Positions 1 to 7,016 are shown, counted from the stretch's first letter. The stretch: 46,726 nt of DNA from Actinomycetes bacterium (GCA_037131205.1 JBAXRL010000001.1:1-46726); one strand, 5' to 3'. Translations and numbers: made by a program. The notes: generated from the letters alone by a model not told the origin.

Positions 1-38
1 CAGGCCGCCCAGAACAGCGACGGACGGCGGCCGCGCAT
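1..38 (-). CDS. possible 5' end of the next gene in the wtpA operon (a permease would be expected); only about 12 codons lie in the window
   Basis: ATG at 38..36 reads MRGRRPSLFWAA and runs off the window edge, 68 nt downstream of the wtpA-like stop. Too short to identify. Confidence 0.2.
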   Translation of the reverse strand, partial: MRGRRPSLFWAA

Positions 39-105
39 CACGGCCGGCGAGGCGGGCGTGCGGGGGGCCCTGGATCAGCCGGGTGCCTGTATTCCCAGAG
101 GACGC

Positions 106-1209
106 TCACCTTGACCCCCCGCACGCCCGCCTCACCTCCTCCGGCGCGGCGGACGCATTGTCGAGCCTTGGCGGCGTGAGCACCGGCTGGTGGTCCTCTT
201 CGAGGATCCGGCGCCCGTCGTCACCCAGCAGGAAGGCGGCGAGCTCGCCGGCCAGCCCCGGCTCCGGCGCGTTGGCCGGGATCGTGAACGCATAGCGGAT
301 GACGTCGCCGCGGAACACGGGCTTCACGCTGGCGAAACGGCGGAAGTCGAGCTTCACCTCGACGCGCCGGTAGTCGGCGCGACGGCCGGCCTCACCGAGA
401 TCGATCGAGGACGGCAGCCGCACGTACTCCAGGCCGTGCTGCCGCGCGACGCTCTCGTACTCGAAGGCGCAGTCCAGATCGCCCGACTCGAGCAGGGCGA
501 CCAGCTGGATGCTCGCGCCGCGAAGGACGAGGTTGCCGCCCGATTGCGTCTCAAGGATCTCGGGGACCTCGATGACGTCGACGCCTCCGGCGTTGCGCGT
601 GACGGTGACCGGCGTCGTGAAGCGACCCATCATCATGTCCTCGAAGAGGTACGGGTCGTCGTACTCGCGTTCCGCGAGCTGCAGCAGCATGAGGGCGCGG
701 TAGCCGGCGGCGTCGAAACGCGGGTCGGCCAGCCCGAAGCGGACGTCCGGCTGCGTGAGACGTCGGTACCACGTGCGCGCGTCGAGCTCCCCGGCCAGCG
801 GGCTCTTCGGCGAGATCGCCAGCACCATGCGATTGGTGGCGAAGGTGCAATACCAGGACGCGTACGGCTCTCCAGTCTCGTGGTCCACGCGGTCGTACAT
901 GAGCGGCGGGATGAGCTGCTCGTCGGCGCTGACCGCCAGATCGAAGCGGTCGCCGAGCTCGGTGACGTGGCGCAGCACCTGGATGCTGCCGTGGCTCTCG
1001 GTGAGCACGTCCACGTCCGGATGACTGCGCTCGAACTCCGCCGCCAACTGCTCGAACGGCACGATGAGGCTGCCGGCGTACATGAGCTTGACCTGGCGCT
1101 TGTCGCTGCCGCAGCCGACGATGACAAGGCCCAGCGCCACGAGAAGTACGGCCGCGGCCAGGGCCGCGGCCGTACTGGGCCTCGCACGCGTGTGGATGCT
1201 GCTCAGCAC
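106..1209 (-). CDS. wtpA: WtpA-like tungstate/molybdate ABC transporter substrate-binding lipoprotein
   Basis: 367 aa with GTG start. Lipobox LVIVGCGS. The stretch KLMYAGSLIVPFEQLAAEFERSHPDVDV..GSIQVLRHVTELGDRFDLAVSAD..DPRFDAAGYRALMLLQLAE matches my recollection of archaeal/bacterial WtpA (type I PBP oxyanion binders). It is the last visible gene of the riboswitch-led operon. Confidence 0.75.
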   Translation of the reverse strand: MLSSIHTRARPSTAAALAAAVLLVALGLVIVGCGSDKRQVKLMYAGSLIVPFEQLAAEFERSHPDVDVLTESHGSIQVLRHVTELGDRFDLAVSADEQLIPPLMYDRVDHETGEPYASWYCTFATNRMVLAISPKSPLAGELDARTWYRRLTQPDVRFGLADPRFDAAGYRALMLLQLAEREYDDPYLFEDMMMGRFTTPVTVTRNAGGVDVIEVPEILETQSGGNLVLRGASIQLVALLESGDLDCAFEYESVARQHGLEYVRLPSSIDLGEAGRRADYRRVEVKLDFRRFASVKPVFRGDVIRYAFTIPANAPEPGLAGELAAFLLGDDGRRILEEDHQPVLTPPRLDNASAAPEEVRRACGGSR

Positions 1210-1220
1210 AATCGCGTGGC

Positions 1221-2249
1221 CTACTTCACGCGCACTACGATGCGCGCGATGCCGCCCGGCATCTGCGCTTCACTCAGGCCCGGGCCCGCGAGGCGCAGCG
1301 GAAAGAGCTCCTCCGGGAGCTCGCCACCGTCGAGCTTGCCCGCGAGGACGACGTCCTGCTTGCCGGCGATGTCGCGCGAGTCGATGGTCACGACCTCGCC
1401 GGTCGCGGTCTCGATGACGATGTCGTAGCCCTTGCGAGCGAGCGCCGCGTCGTAGGCTCCGGCACCGTGGCGTTTCTTGTCGTCGATCATCCCGGCCACG
1501 AGATACAGCGGGATGCCCTCCCAGCGCTTGCCGGCGGCGTCGACCCAGCCGGAGCCGTGACACCCCGGCGAGGCGCAGTTCACGTAGGTCGGCTTGTCGA
1601 GCTTGCCGGGTACAGCGCCCTCGAGCTGGACCTTCCACTCAGCCGAAGCCTTGGTCACGGAGATGCGCTCGACCCACTTGACCGACCAGTGCCCGTCCAC
1701 GACCTGCCCTCCCGGCGCGGGAGTGCCGACCATCAATCGCAGGGGACCCTCATCCTCACCGAGAGGCTTGCCCTCGCGGGCGTAGGCGATGATCACGGTG
1801 AGGTCCTTCGACGGCGTCTGCTCGCCGCCGGTCGCCGGATCGTAGGCGGTGAACGAGTGGTCGACGATCTGAGCGTAGGAGAAGGTCATGCCGTAGCCGT
1901 CCTTGGCCACGAGAGTGACACCGTTGGCCCTGGTGATGCCGCCGACCAGGTCCGTGAGGTCGCTGAGGCGCACGCCGGTGTACTCGGCGGGCAGCGTGAT
2001 GACGCCGGTGCTGCTCTTGATGCCGGCGTAGCCGGTGTACGCCGGCAGAGCCTTGAGCTGGTTCAGGGTGAACTGCTTCTCGCCCTCTTCGCCGACGAGG
2101 GTGAGGACGACCGACCCGGAGGGGCTGACGGCCGGGGAGGCCTGGTCTGTTGCCTGTGAGCCCGACGAACCTCCGCACGCTGCTAGAAGCGCGACCAGGC
2201 CCACGACCATCACGACGCCGGCCAGCGCCAGCGCGGCGATGCGGTTCAC
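1221..2249 (-). CDS. lipoprotein with two tandem SUOX-fold (Oxidored_molyb-like) domains
   Basis: 342 aa. SD GAGGAGG lies upstream of the ATG. Lipobox LLAACGG. N-domain signature: GKPLGEDEGPLRLMVGTP...HWSVKWVERISV. C-domain signatures: WKVQLEG, CASPGCHGSGW...WEGIPLYL, FPLRLAGPG. Paralog of 2281..3327. Confidence 0.8.
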   Translation of the reverse strand: MNRIAALALAGVVMVVGLVALLAACGGSSGSQATDQASPAVSPSGSVVLTLVGEEGEKQFTLNQLKALPAYTGYAGIKSSTGVITLPAEYTGVRLSDLTDLVGGITRANGVTLVAKDGYGMTFSYAQIVDHSFTAYDPATGGEQTPSKDLTVIIAYAREGKPLGEDEGPLRLMVGTPAPGGQVVDGHWSVKWVERISVTKASAEWKVQLEGAVPGKLDKPTYVNCASPGCHGSGWVDAAGKRWEGIPLYLVAGMIDDKKRHGAGAYDAALARKGYDIVIETATGEVVTIDSRDIAGKQDVVLAGKLDGGELPEELFPLRLAGPGLSEAQMPGGIARIVVRVK

Positions 2250-2280
2250 GCGCCGCCTCCTCGCGCTGTCGTCGCCGGCC

Positions 2281-3327
2281 TCATTTCGGCAGCATCTGGA
2301 TCTTGACGATCTGCCCGACGAAGCTCTTGCCGCCGATCTTGGGACCGACCAGCCGCAGGGGGTAGTAGTCCGCCGTCAGCTCGGACCCCTGCAGCTTGTT
2401 GGCCAGGATGATCTGTTCCTGGTTGCGGATGGTGCGCGAGCCGATGATGGCGGTGGCGCCGGTGGCGGACGTCAGCTTGATGCGGTAGCCCTTGAGCGCC
2501 AGTGCCTCGTTGTAGGCGCCATAGCCGCCGTGACCTTTGCCGCCGTCGATCTTGCCGATGCAGAGGAAGAGCGGGACTCCGGACCACGTCTTCTCCGTCG
2601 CAGTGTCGGTCCACGCCGACCCGTGACATCCGGGCGTGGCACACGAGTCGTACGAGAGGCGGTCGAGCGTGTAGGTCTGGCGCTTGCCCTTCTTGTCCTT
2701 GAGGCCGTACATCTTGACGGTCCACGGGACGACGGCGTTGCGCAGGCTGACGCGATCCACCCACTTGACGAAGAGGTGCCCGGCCGCCACCTGGTTCTCA
2801 TCGGTAGGCTGACAGACGGCGAGACGCAGCGGCCCGTCGCCGGTCGGGCCGGGCGCGATCGCCGCGCCGTGCTCTTCGTAGAGGAGGACGACCGACACCG
2901 GGGCCTTGGCGACTTCCTCCTGCTTGGTGGTGGCGTTGTACATGGGGATGTTGCCGTTGACGACCTCGTCGTAGGTGAGCGTCATCCCGTAGTCGTCGCT
3001 GGCCGTGATGTCCGTCGACTGGAACTCGGGGACGCCCCCGACCTCCTCGAGGAGAGCGGTGAGCTTCACGCCTTTGACGGCGACCGGCGGCGTGACGGTG
3101 CCGGCGCTGTTGATGATGCCGGAATAGCCGGAGTAGGCGGGCAGTGCCTGGAGCTCGGCCATGGTGAACGTCTTCGTGGCACCGTTGCCGACGATGGTCA
3201 GCACGACCGGGTCGGCGGCAGCCGCCTGCGGCGTGCCGCCGGGTACGACGGACCCGGCCAGCACGACGGCGCCCAGCGCCACGAGCACGACGACCACGGC
3301 TCCAATCCAGATCCTTCGCACGTTCAT
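2281..3327 (-). CDS. secreted protein with two tandem SUOX-fold (Oxidored_molyb-like) domains, paralog of 1221..2249
   Basis: The track ORF 2281..3381 was trimmed to the ATG at 3327 (MNVRRIWIGAVVVVLVALG...), which is preceded by SD GAGGGAG. Shares GDGPLRLAV...LFVKWVDRVSL, WTVKMYG, CATPGCHGSAW...WSGVPLFL and YPLRLVGPK with its neighbour. Confidence 0.8.
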   Translation of the reverse strand: MNVRRIWIGAVVVVLVALGAVVLAGSVVPGGTPQAAAADPVVLTIVGNGATKTFTMAELQALPAYSGYSGIINSAGTVTPPVAVKGVKLTALLEEVGGVPEFQSTDITASDDYGMTLTYDEVVNGNIPMYNATTKQEEVAKAPVSVVLLYEEHGAAIAPGPTGDGPLRLAVCQPTDENQVAAGHLFVKWVDRVSLRNAVVPWTVKMYGLKDKKGKRQTYTLDRLSYDSCATPGCHGSAWTDTATEKTWSGVPLFLCIGKIDGGKGHGGYGAYNEALALKGYRIKLTSATGATAIIGSRTIRNQEQIILANKLQGSELTADYYPLRLVGPKIGGKSFVGQIVKIQMLPK

Positions 3328-3456
3328 GGATGCTCCCTCGTGTGAGTGTCTGCGGCGGCCGGCCCGAGCCGGCCGCCGCATTCCGGTCCCGGCGGCGGCG
3401 CAGCGGGGAGAATGGGCGAGAAACCCCCGCCACGCGCGCGCCAGGCCTTGGACGGC

Positions 3457-3912
3457 TCAGAAGATGAGCCGAATCCTGGTTACTCCGCGGGCCGACAGCT
3501 TGTTGTTGAACGGCTGCGTGATCGGAGGGCCGCCGACCAAGCGGAACGGCGCTTCCTCGCCCTCCAGCAGCTTGCCGTCCTTGATCTTGGCGACGATCCA
3601 CCGCTTCTTGCCGATGATCCACTTGCTCGGCAGCTTGGGCTTGTAGCCGTCGCGGCAGAAGAACTGGATCCGGTACCCCTTCTTGGCCAGCGCAACGTTG
3701 AACGAGCTGGGATCCTTGTCGTCCACCAACCCGACCAGCTTGTACAGTGTCTGACCCTTGTAGACGTAGCGCAGCGTCGGGTTGATGTTGCCGGCCTTGT
3801 TGCCGTACCAGGCCACGGTCGCCGGAACCTTACCGATGGGCAGCACCTTCTTGCGCTTGCCCTGTAGCGTCAGCGTCCAGCCTCTCCTGCTCGCGGCACG
3901 GGTCTGGTCAAA
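3457..3912 (-). CDS. third SUOX-like repeat domain lying in the +1 frame relative to 3908..5032 (frameshifted or recoded continuation, or a pseudogene fragment)
   Basis: The frame is open from 3939 down to 3457. The domain begins GWTLTLQGKRKK upstream of the only in-frame start (GTG 3846). That start has no SD and no signal peptide. The +1 frame joins at the C5T4 run and the TTT TGA C site (3913..3907). Confidence 0.55.
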   Translation of the reverse strand, partial: FDQTRAASRRGWTLTLQGKRKKVLPIGKVPATVAWYGNKAGNINPTLRYVYKGQTLYKLVGLVDDKDPSSFNVALAKKGYRIQFFCRDGYKPKLPSKWIIGKKRWIVAKIKDGKLLEGEEAPFRLVGGPPITQPFNNKLSARGVTRIRLIF

Positions 3913-5032
3913 AGGGGGCCGCGCCCGCCGGCGACGACTTCACGATACCGATGCGCACGATCCCTCGAGTCTGAGTGTCTGGGGCGACGGCGGGGACGTT
4001 GCTGACCACCCTGAGCGGCCAATCCGGCACCCACTGCGGCACTCCGCTGCTGTCGACGAACGGCTTGGGCACGGGGAGCGGCTGGCCGTTGCCCAGGCTT
4101 GCGACGATCATCTGCTTGCCGAGCTGAGCGATGTCGGCACTCGCGAACGTCTCGTAAAAGCCGTCCATGCCGAGGATGGTGACGAAGTAGCCCTTCTTGG
4201 CCAGCTTCGCATTGAACGTGCTGCGGTTCTTGTCGTCGAAGTAGCCGACGATCGTCTTGAGGGAAACGCCCGAGTAGGTCACCGTGGACGTGGGGACGGT
4301 GCTGTCGGTGATCGTCACCGTCCTGTTCGCCTTGGCGGCCCAGGCGGCCCACTGCGACGACGTCATGTCGGCGCCGTACTTGGTCGTCACGGTGTTGCGC
4401 AGCTGCAGGTCCCAGCCGTAGGGCTCGGCGGCGGCGGCCGGCGCCACGGCCGGCACGATGCTGAGGCGCACGATTCCGCCGGGCTTCATCTTGCCGGTGA
4501 CGCTGGGGTCGAGGCTGACGATCTTGAGCGGCCAGCTTGGCTTCCAGATGGGCAGGCCGTTCTTGTCGAGCGAGGCCTTGGGAACGGTGAGCGCCTGACC
4601 GCCCGCGAGGTTCGCGACGATGACCTTGTCGCCGAGGCTCGCGACGTCGGCGCTGGCGAACGTCGCGGCGAACCCGTCCATGCCGAGAACGACGACCTTG
4701 TAGCCGCCCGCGGCCAGTTCATCGTTAAACGTGCTGGGGTCGTTGTCGTCGAAGTAGCCGACCAGGGTCTTGAGGGCGACGCCCTTGTAGATCACCGTGT
4801 CGGTGGGAACGCTGCTGTCCGTGATGGTCACCTGGCGGTCCGCCTTCGCGACCCAGGCGGCGAAGGCCTTGTAGGTCAAATCGGCGCCGTACTTGGTCGT
4901 CACGGTGTTGCGCAGCTGCAGGTTCCAGCCGTAGGGCTCGGCGGCGGCGCCTCGCATCGCCAAAGCCGGCGCCGCCAGCGCGAGCATGAGGACCGCCACT
5001 GCCGCAGCGGTCAAGGTCAGCTTCCTGATCAT
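3908..5032 (-). CDS. secreted protein with two tandem cysteine-less SUOX-like repeat domains (171-aa period)
   Basis: The track ORF 3908..5233 was trimmed to the ATG at 5032 (MIRKLTLTAAAVAVLMLALAAPALA, a signal peptide) with SD GGAGGAG 7 nt upstream. Each repeat runs PYGW(N/D)LQLRNTVTTKYGAD...Y.GV.LKT.VGYFDD...WPL(K/R)(I/V)VS. Confidence 0.8.
   Translation of the reverse strand: MIRKLTLTAAAVAVLMLALAAPALAMRGAAAEPYGWNLQLRNTVTTKYGADLTYKAFAAWVAKADRQVTITDSSVPTDTVIYKGVALKTLVGYFDDNDPSTFNDELAAGGYKVVVLGMDGFAATFASADVASLGDKVIVANLAGGQALTVPKASLDKNGLPIWKPSWPLKIVSLDPSVTGKMKPGGIVRLSIVPAVAPAAAAEPYGWDLQLRNTVTTKYGADMTSSQWAAWAAKANRTVTITDSTVPTSTVTYSGVSLKTIVGYFDDKNRSTFNAKLAKKGYFVTILGMDGFYETFASADIAQLGKQMIVASLGNGQPLPVPKPFVDSSGVPQWVPDWPLRVVSNVPAVAPDTQTRGIVRIGIVKSSPAGAAPF
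4368..4948 (-). repeat. intragenic tandem duplication with a 513-nt period
   Basis: The 68-nt segments 4368..4435 and 4881..4948 differ at a single base (tcggcgccgtacttggtcgtcacggtgttgcgcagctgcagg[t/c]cccagccgtagggctcggcggcggc). The offset is exactly 513 nt, i.e. 171 codons. Confidence 0.9.
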
Positions 5033-5164
5033 GGTCCCACTCCTCCCCGGGGTTACTGTACGTGCAGCTCCGAGGGAGGGTAGGAGAGAGCCGTGTCCGC
5101 GGGCGGCGAGGCGCAATCGAGGCGCCGAAGGAGCCTCGTCACGCCGACACCGCGTGGGAGGCCA

Positions 5165-5315
5165 CGAAAAGGGGCCCATCCGCACGCGGAAAGGCCCGGC
5201 AAGGCGCGCTCTCCTTTCCGCACTGGGAGACACGGCGGTTTCCCGCTGTACCCTTCCGGCTTCGGCTCCGTAGGCTCCACACGCCCTTAGGAATCCGAGA
5301 CTCGGAGAAGCCGCC
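5165..5315 (-). promoter_or_regulatory. Moco (molybdenum/tungsten cofactor) riboswitch-like leader with a possible terminator/antiterminator platform
   Basis: Minus-strand RNA is CUUCUCCGAGUCUCGG..GUGGAGCCUACGGAGCC..ACAGCGGGAAACCGCCGUGUCUCCCAGUGCGGAAAGGAGAG. It contains the CUCCGAG, GGAGC, GAAA-capped stem, GUCUCCC and GAAAGGAG blocks I associate with the Moco RNA motif. The P1 candidate is UCUCC/GGAGA. Downstream, CGGAAAGG can alternatively pair with CCUUUCCG. A GC hairpin plus CUUUUC lies at 5165..5200. Confidence 0.65.
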
Positions 5316-5565
5316 GCAGTCTATACGCGCGCGCCCCGCGGCACAAGGTCGCCGCGTCCGACCTGAGGCCGCGCCGTCTGGACATGTTGGCCTGTGCCGT
5401 CGTGTTCCAGCATGGAGCGCATGCTCTTGAGCTGTGCATCGCAGCCTGGGCGAGGAGATGCAGACGCGCCCTCAGGGGTGCGCGCCGGCCGCGCGTCGCC
5501 ATCCAACACCCTGTGTGCCCCCGCCCCGGCATCTGATGTGGCGCATGGGTGGATCCTGGCGCCGC

Positions 5566-5595
5566 TTGACCCGCCCCAGAAGCTTCGGCTACTGT
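5566..5595 (+). promoter_or_regulatory. sigma70-like promoter for the tupA leader
   Basis: TTGACC (5566..5571), an 18-nt spacer, then TACTGT (5590..5595). This places the predicted start about 6 nt before the 5' arm of the riboswitch-like element. Confidence 0.45.
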
Positions 5596-5597
5596 AT

Positions 5598-5712
5598 CGG
5601 CTCTCTTCGAGCGCTGGAGTCCTGCCGGCAGGCGCCCTGCCTATGGAGCTTGCGCCGGCAGGGGACAGCGCGAAACCGCCGTGTCTCTCATGGTGGCCAG
5701 AAGAGATGCTCG
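5598..5712 (+). promoter_or_regulatory. second, diverged Moco-like riboswitch candidate
   Basis: RNA is GGCUCUCUUCGAGCGCUGGAG..CCUAUGGAGCUUGCGCC..ACAGCGCGAAACCGCCGUGUCUCUCAUGG..CCAGAAGAGA. It has a perfect 7-bp closing stem, UCUCUUC/GAAGAGA. A 26-nt core at 5665..5690 differs at only 2 bases from the minus-strand element (plus-strand coordinates 5225..5250). Confidence 0.55.
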
Positions 5713-5837
5713 AGCGAGCTTCGTGCGCTTGTGGAGGGCTCGCTTGTCCGACCCGGCGCGACCCGCGCCTCCCGCCACCGGTATCCGGCTTCCGACGCAC
5801 TCGAAGCAGGTCCGTGAAGCGACATCAGGGAGGTACG

Positions 5838-6785
5838 ATGTTCGGCAGTACGACTGAGATGCTCGTGAGACGCAGCCTGCTCGTGCTCGCCCTCGTGGCG
5901 CTCGCCGTCGCCGCGCTGGTCGGGGCCGGCTTCGCCGGCGGCAGCGGCCACGCCGCCGGGAAGTCCGCGCCCAACAACGCCAGGCTCGTCGTCTACTGCG
6001 CGACCAGCGTGCACGACTCCGGCCTCATGCAGGACGTCGTGCTGCCCGCCTACAACACCGCCCACCCCGGCATCACCGTGAACCCCACCTACGTGGGCTC
6101 CGGTGAGGCCATCCAGGCGGCCCGCGACGGGCTCGCCGACGTCATCATCGTGTGCTCGCCCCCCGACGAGAAGCAGCTTCTGACCGACGGCGTCGCCACC
6201 CTGCGCCTCCCGTTCGCCTACAACTACTTCACCATCGTCGGACCCAAGGGCGACCCGGCCAAGGTCGCCAGGGCCAGGTCGGCCGCCGACGCCTTCAAGC
6301 GCATCGCCGCCTACGGCGCCAGGTTGGCCGCCGGGAAGGTCGCCTTCGTGTCTCGCGGCGATGCCTCCGGCACCAACAAGAAGGAGCTGCAGCTCTGGTA
6401 CGCAGCCGACGTGACCACGTCCGCCGCCACGGCGCCGACCGGGGCCTGGTACATCACAGCCGCCGGCGGCCAGCTGCCTTGTCTTCAGGTCACGGCCGAG
6501 AAAGGCGCCTACACGCTCACCGACACCGCCACCTGGCTGAAGAACCAGAGCACCCTCGCGCCGCTCGTCAAGACCCTGACCAGGAAGGAAGACCTCATGA
6601 ATCAGTACTCCGTGCTGCTCCTGAACCAGATCATGCACGACCAGGTCGCCGCCACCGGCGCCGAGTGGCTGGCCGCCTGGCTCGTGAGCTACGAGGGCCA
6701 GCGGGCCATCGGCGCCTACGGCAGGTCCACGTACGGCCAGCCGCTCTTCGTCCCCAACGCGTCCACCATCTCGGCCCAGCTCTGA
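5838..6785 (+). CDS. tupA: TupA-like tungstate-binding periplasmic protein (orphan substrate-binding protein)
   Basis: The track ORF 5394..6785 was trimmed to the ATG at 5838, preceded by SD GGGAGG. It has a signal peptide. The motifs VYCATSVHDSGL, VGSGEAIQAARDG.ADV, YNYFTIVGPKGDPA and FVSRGDASGTNKKELQLW match the TupA/PBP_like_2 pattern. Confidence 0.7.
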   Translation: MFGSTTEMLVRRSLLVLALVALAVAALVGAGFAGGSGHAAGKSAPNNARLVVYCATSVHDSGLMQDVVLPAYNTAHPGITVNPTYVGSGEAIQAARDGLADVIIVCSPPDEKQLLTDGVATLRLPFAYNYFTIVGPKGDPAKVARARSAADAFKRIAAYGARLAAGKVAFVSRGDASGTNKKELQLWYAADVTTSAATAPTGAWYITAAGGQLPCLQVTAEKGAYTLTDTATWLKNQSTLAPLVKTLTRKEDLMNQYSVLLLNQIMHDQVAATGAEWLAAWLVSYEGQRAIGAYGRSTYGQPLFVPNASTISAQL

Positions 6786-6814
6786 GATCCTGGGCCTCGG
6801 CGCCGTACGCAAGA

Positions 6815-6844
6815 GGGGCGGCGGGCCAGGTGGCCCGCCGCCCC
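6815..6844 (+). terminator. GC-rich hairpin after tupA
   Basis: ggggcggcgggcc-aggt-ggcccgccgcccc forms a perfect 13-bp stem. There is no clear U-tract. Confidence 0.5.
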
Positions 6845-7016
6845 GGACTATGGTGCGGCGCGCAGTCGCGACCGCATGCGGGGCGTCTAGCGCGCCGCAC
6901 CTCGTAAGTCAGTCAATGTCGCGTGCCTCCTTTCCTCGTCGCTCCCGACCGTCTCACACCGGGCTGGCTTAGTCACCGGCGCTCCCGGTCGCCTGCCCGT
7001 CCGAGCCCCGCGGCCC

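Noticed and set aside
5060-5165. Plus-strand GCAGCUCCGAGGGAGGGUAGGAGAGAG...GGGAGGCC...GAAAAGGGG, which superficially resembles a third Moco-like element
   Set aside because: It lacks the GAAA-capped helix and the CCGCCGUGUCUCYC core shared by the other two. No gene lies downstream in that orientation. It is more likely part of the minus-strand leader.
5033-5233. 67-codon N-terminal extension of the repeat-protein ORF (track start 5233)
   Set aside because: The extension overlaps the riboswitch expression platform and is Arg/Pro-rich. The ATG at 5032 has a strong SD and starts a canonical signal peptide.
5394-5837. N-terminal 148-codon extension of the tupA-like ORF, and the ORFs at 5062..5430, 5321..5800 and 5434..5817
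   Set aside because: The extension has no SD or signal logic. The real start at 5838 has GGGAGG and is followed by a signal peptide. The region is better explained by promoter and riboswitch-like RNA structure.
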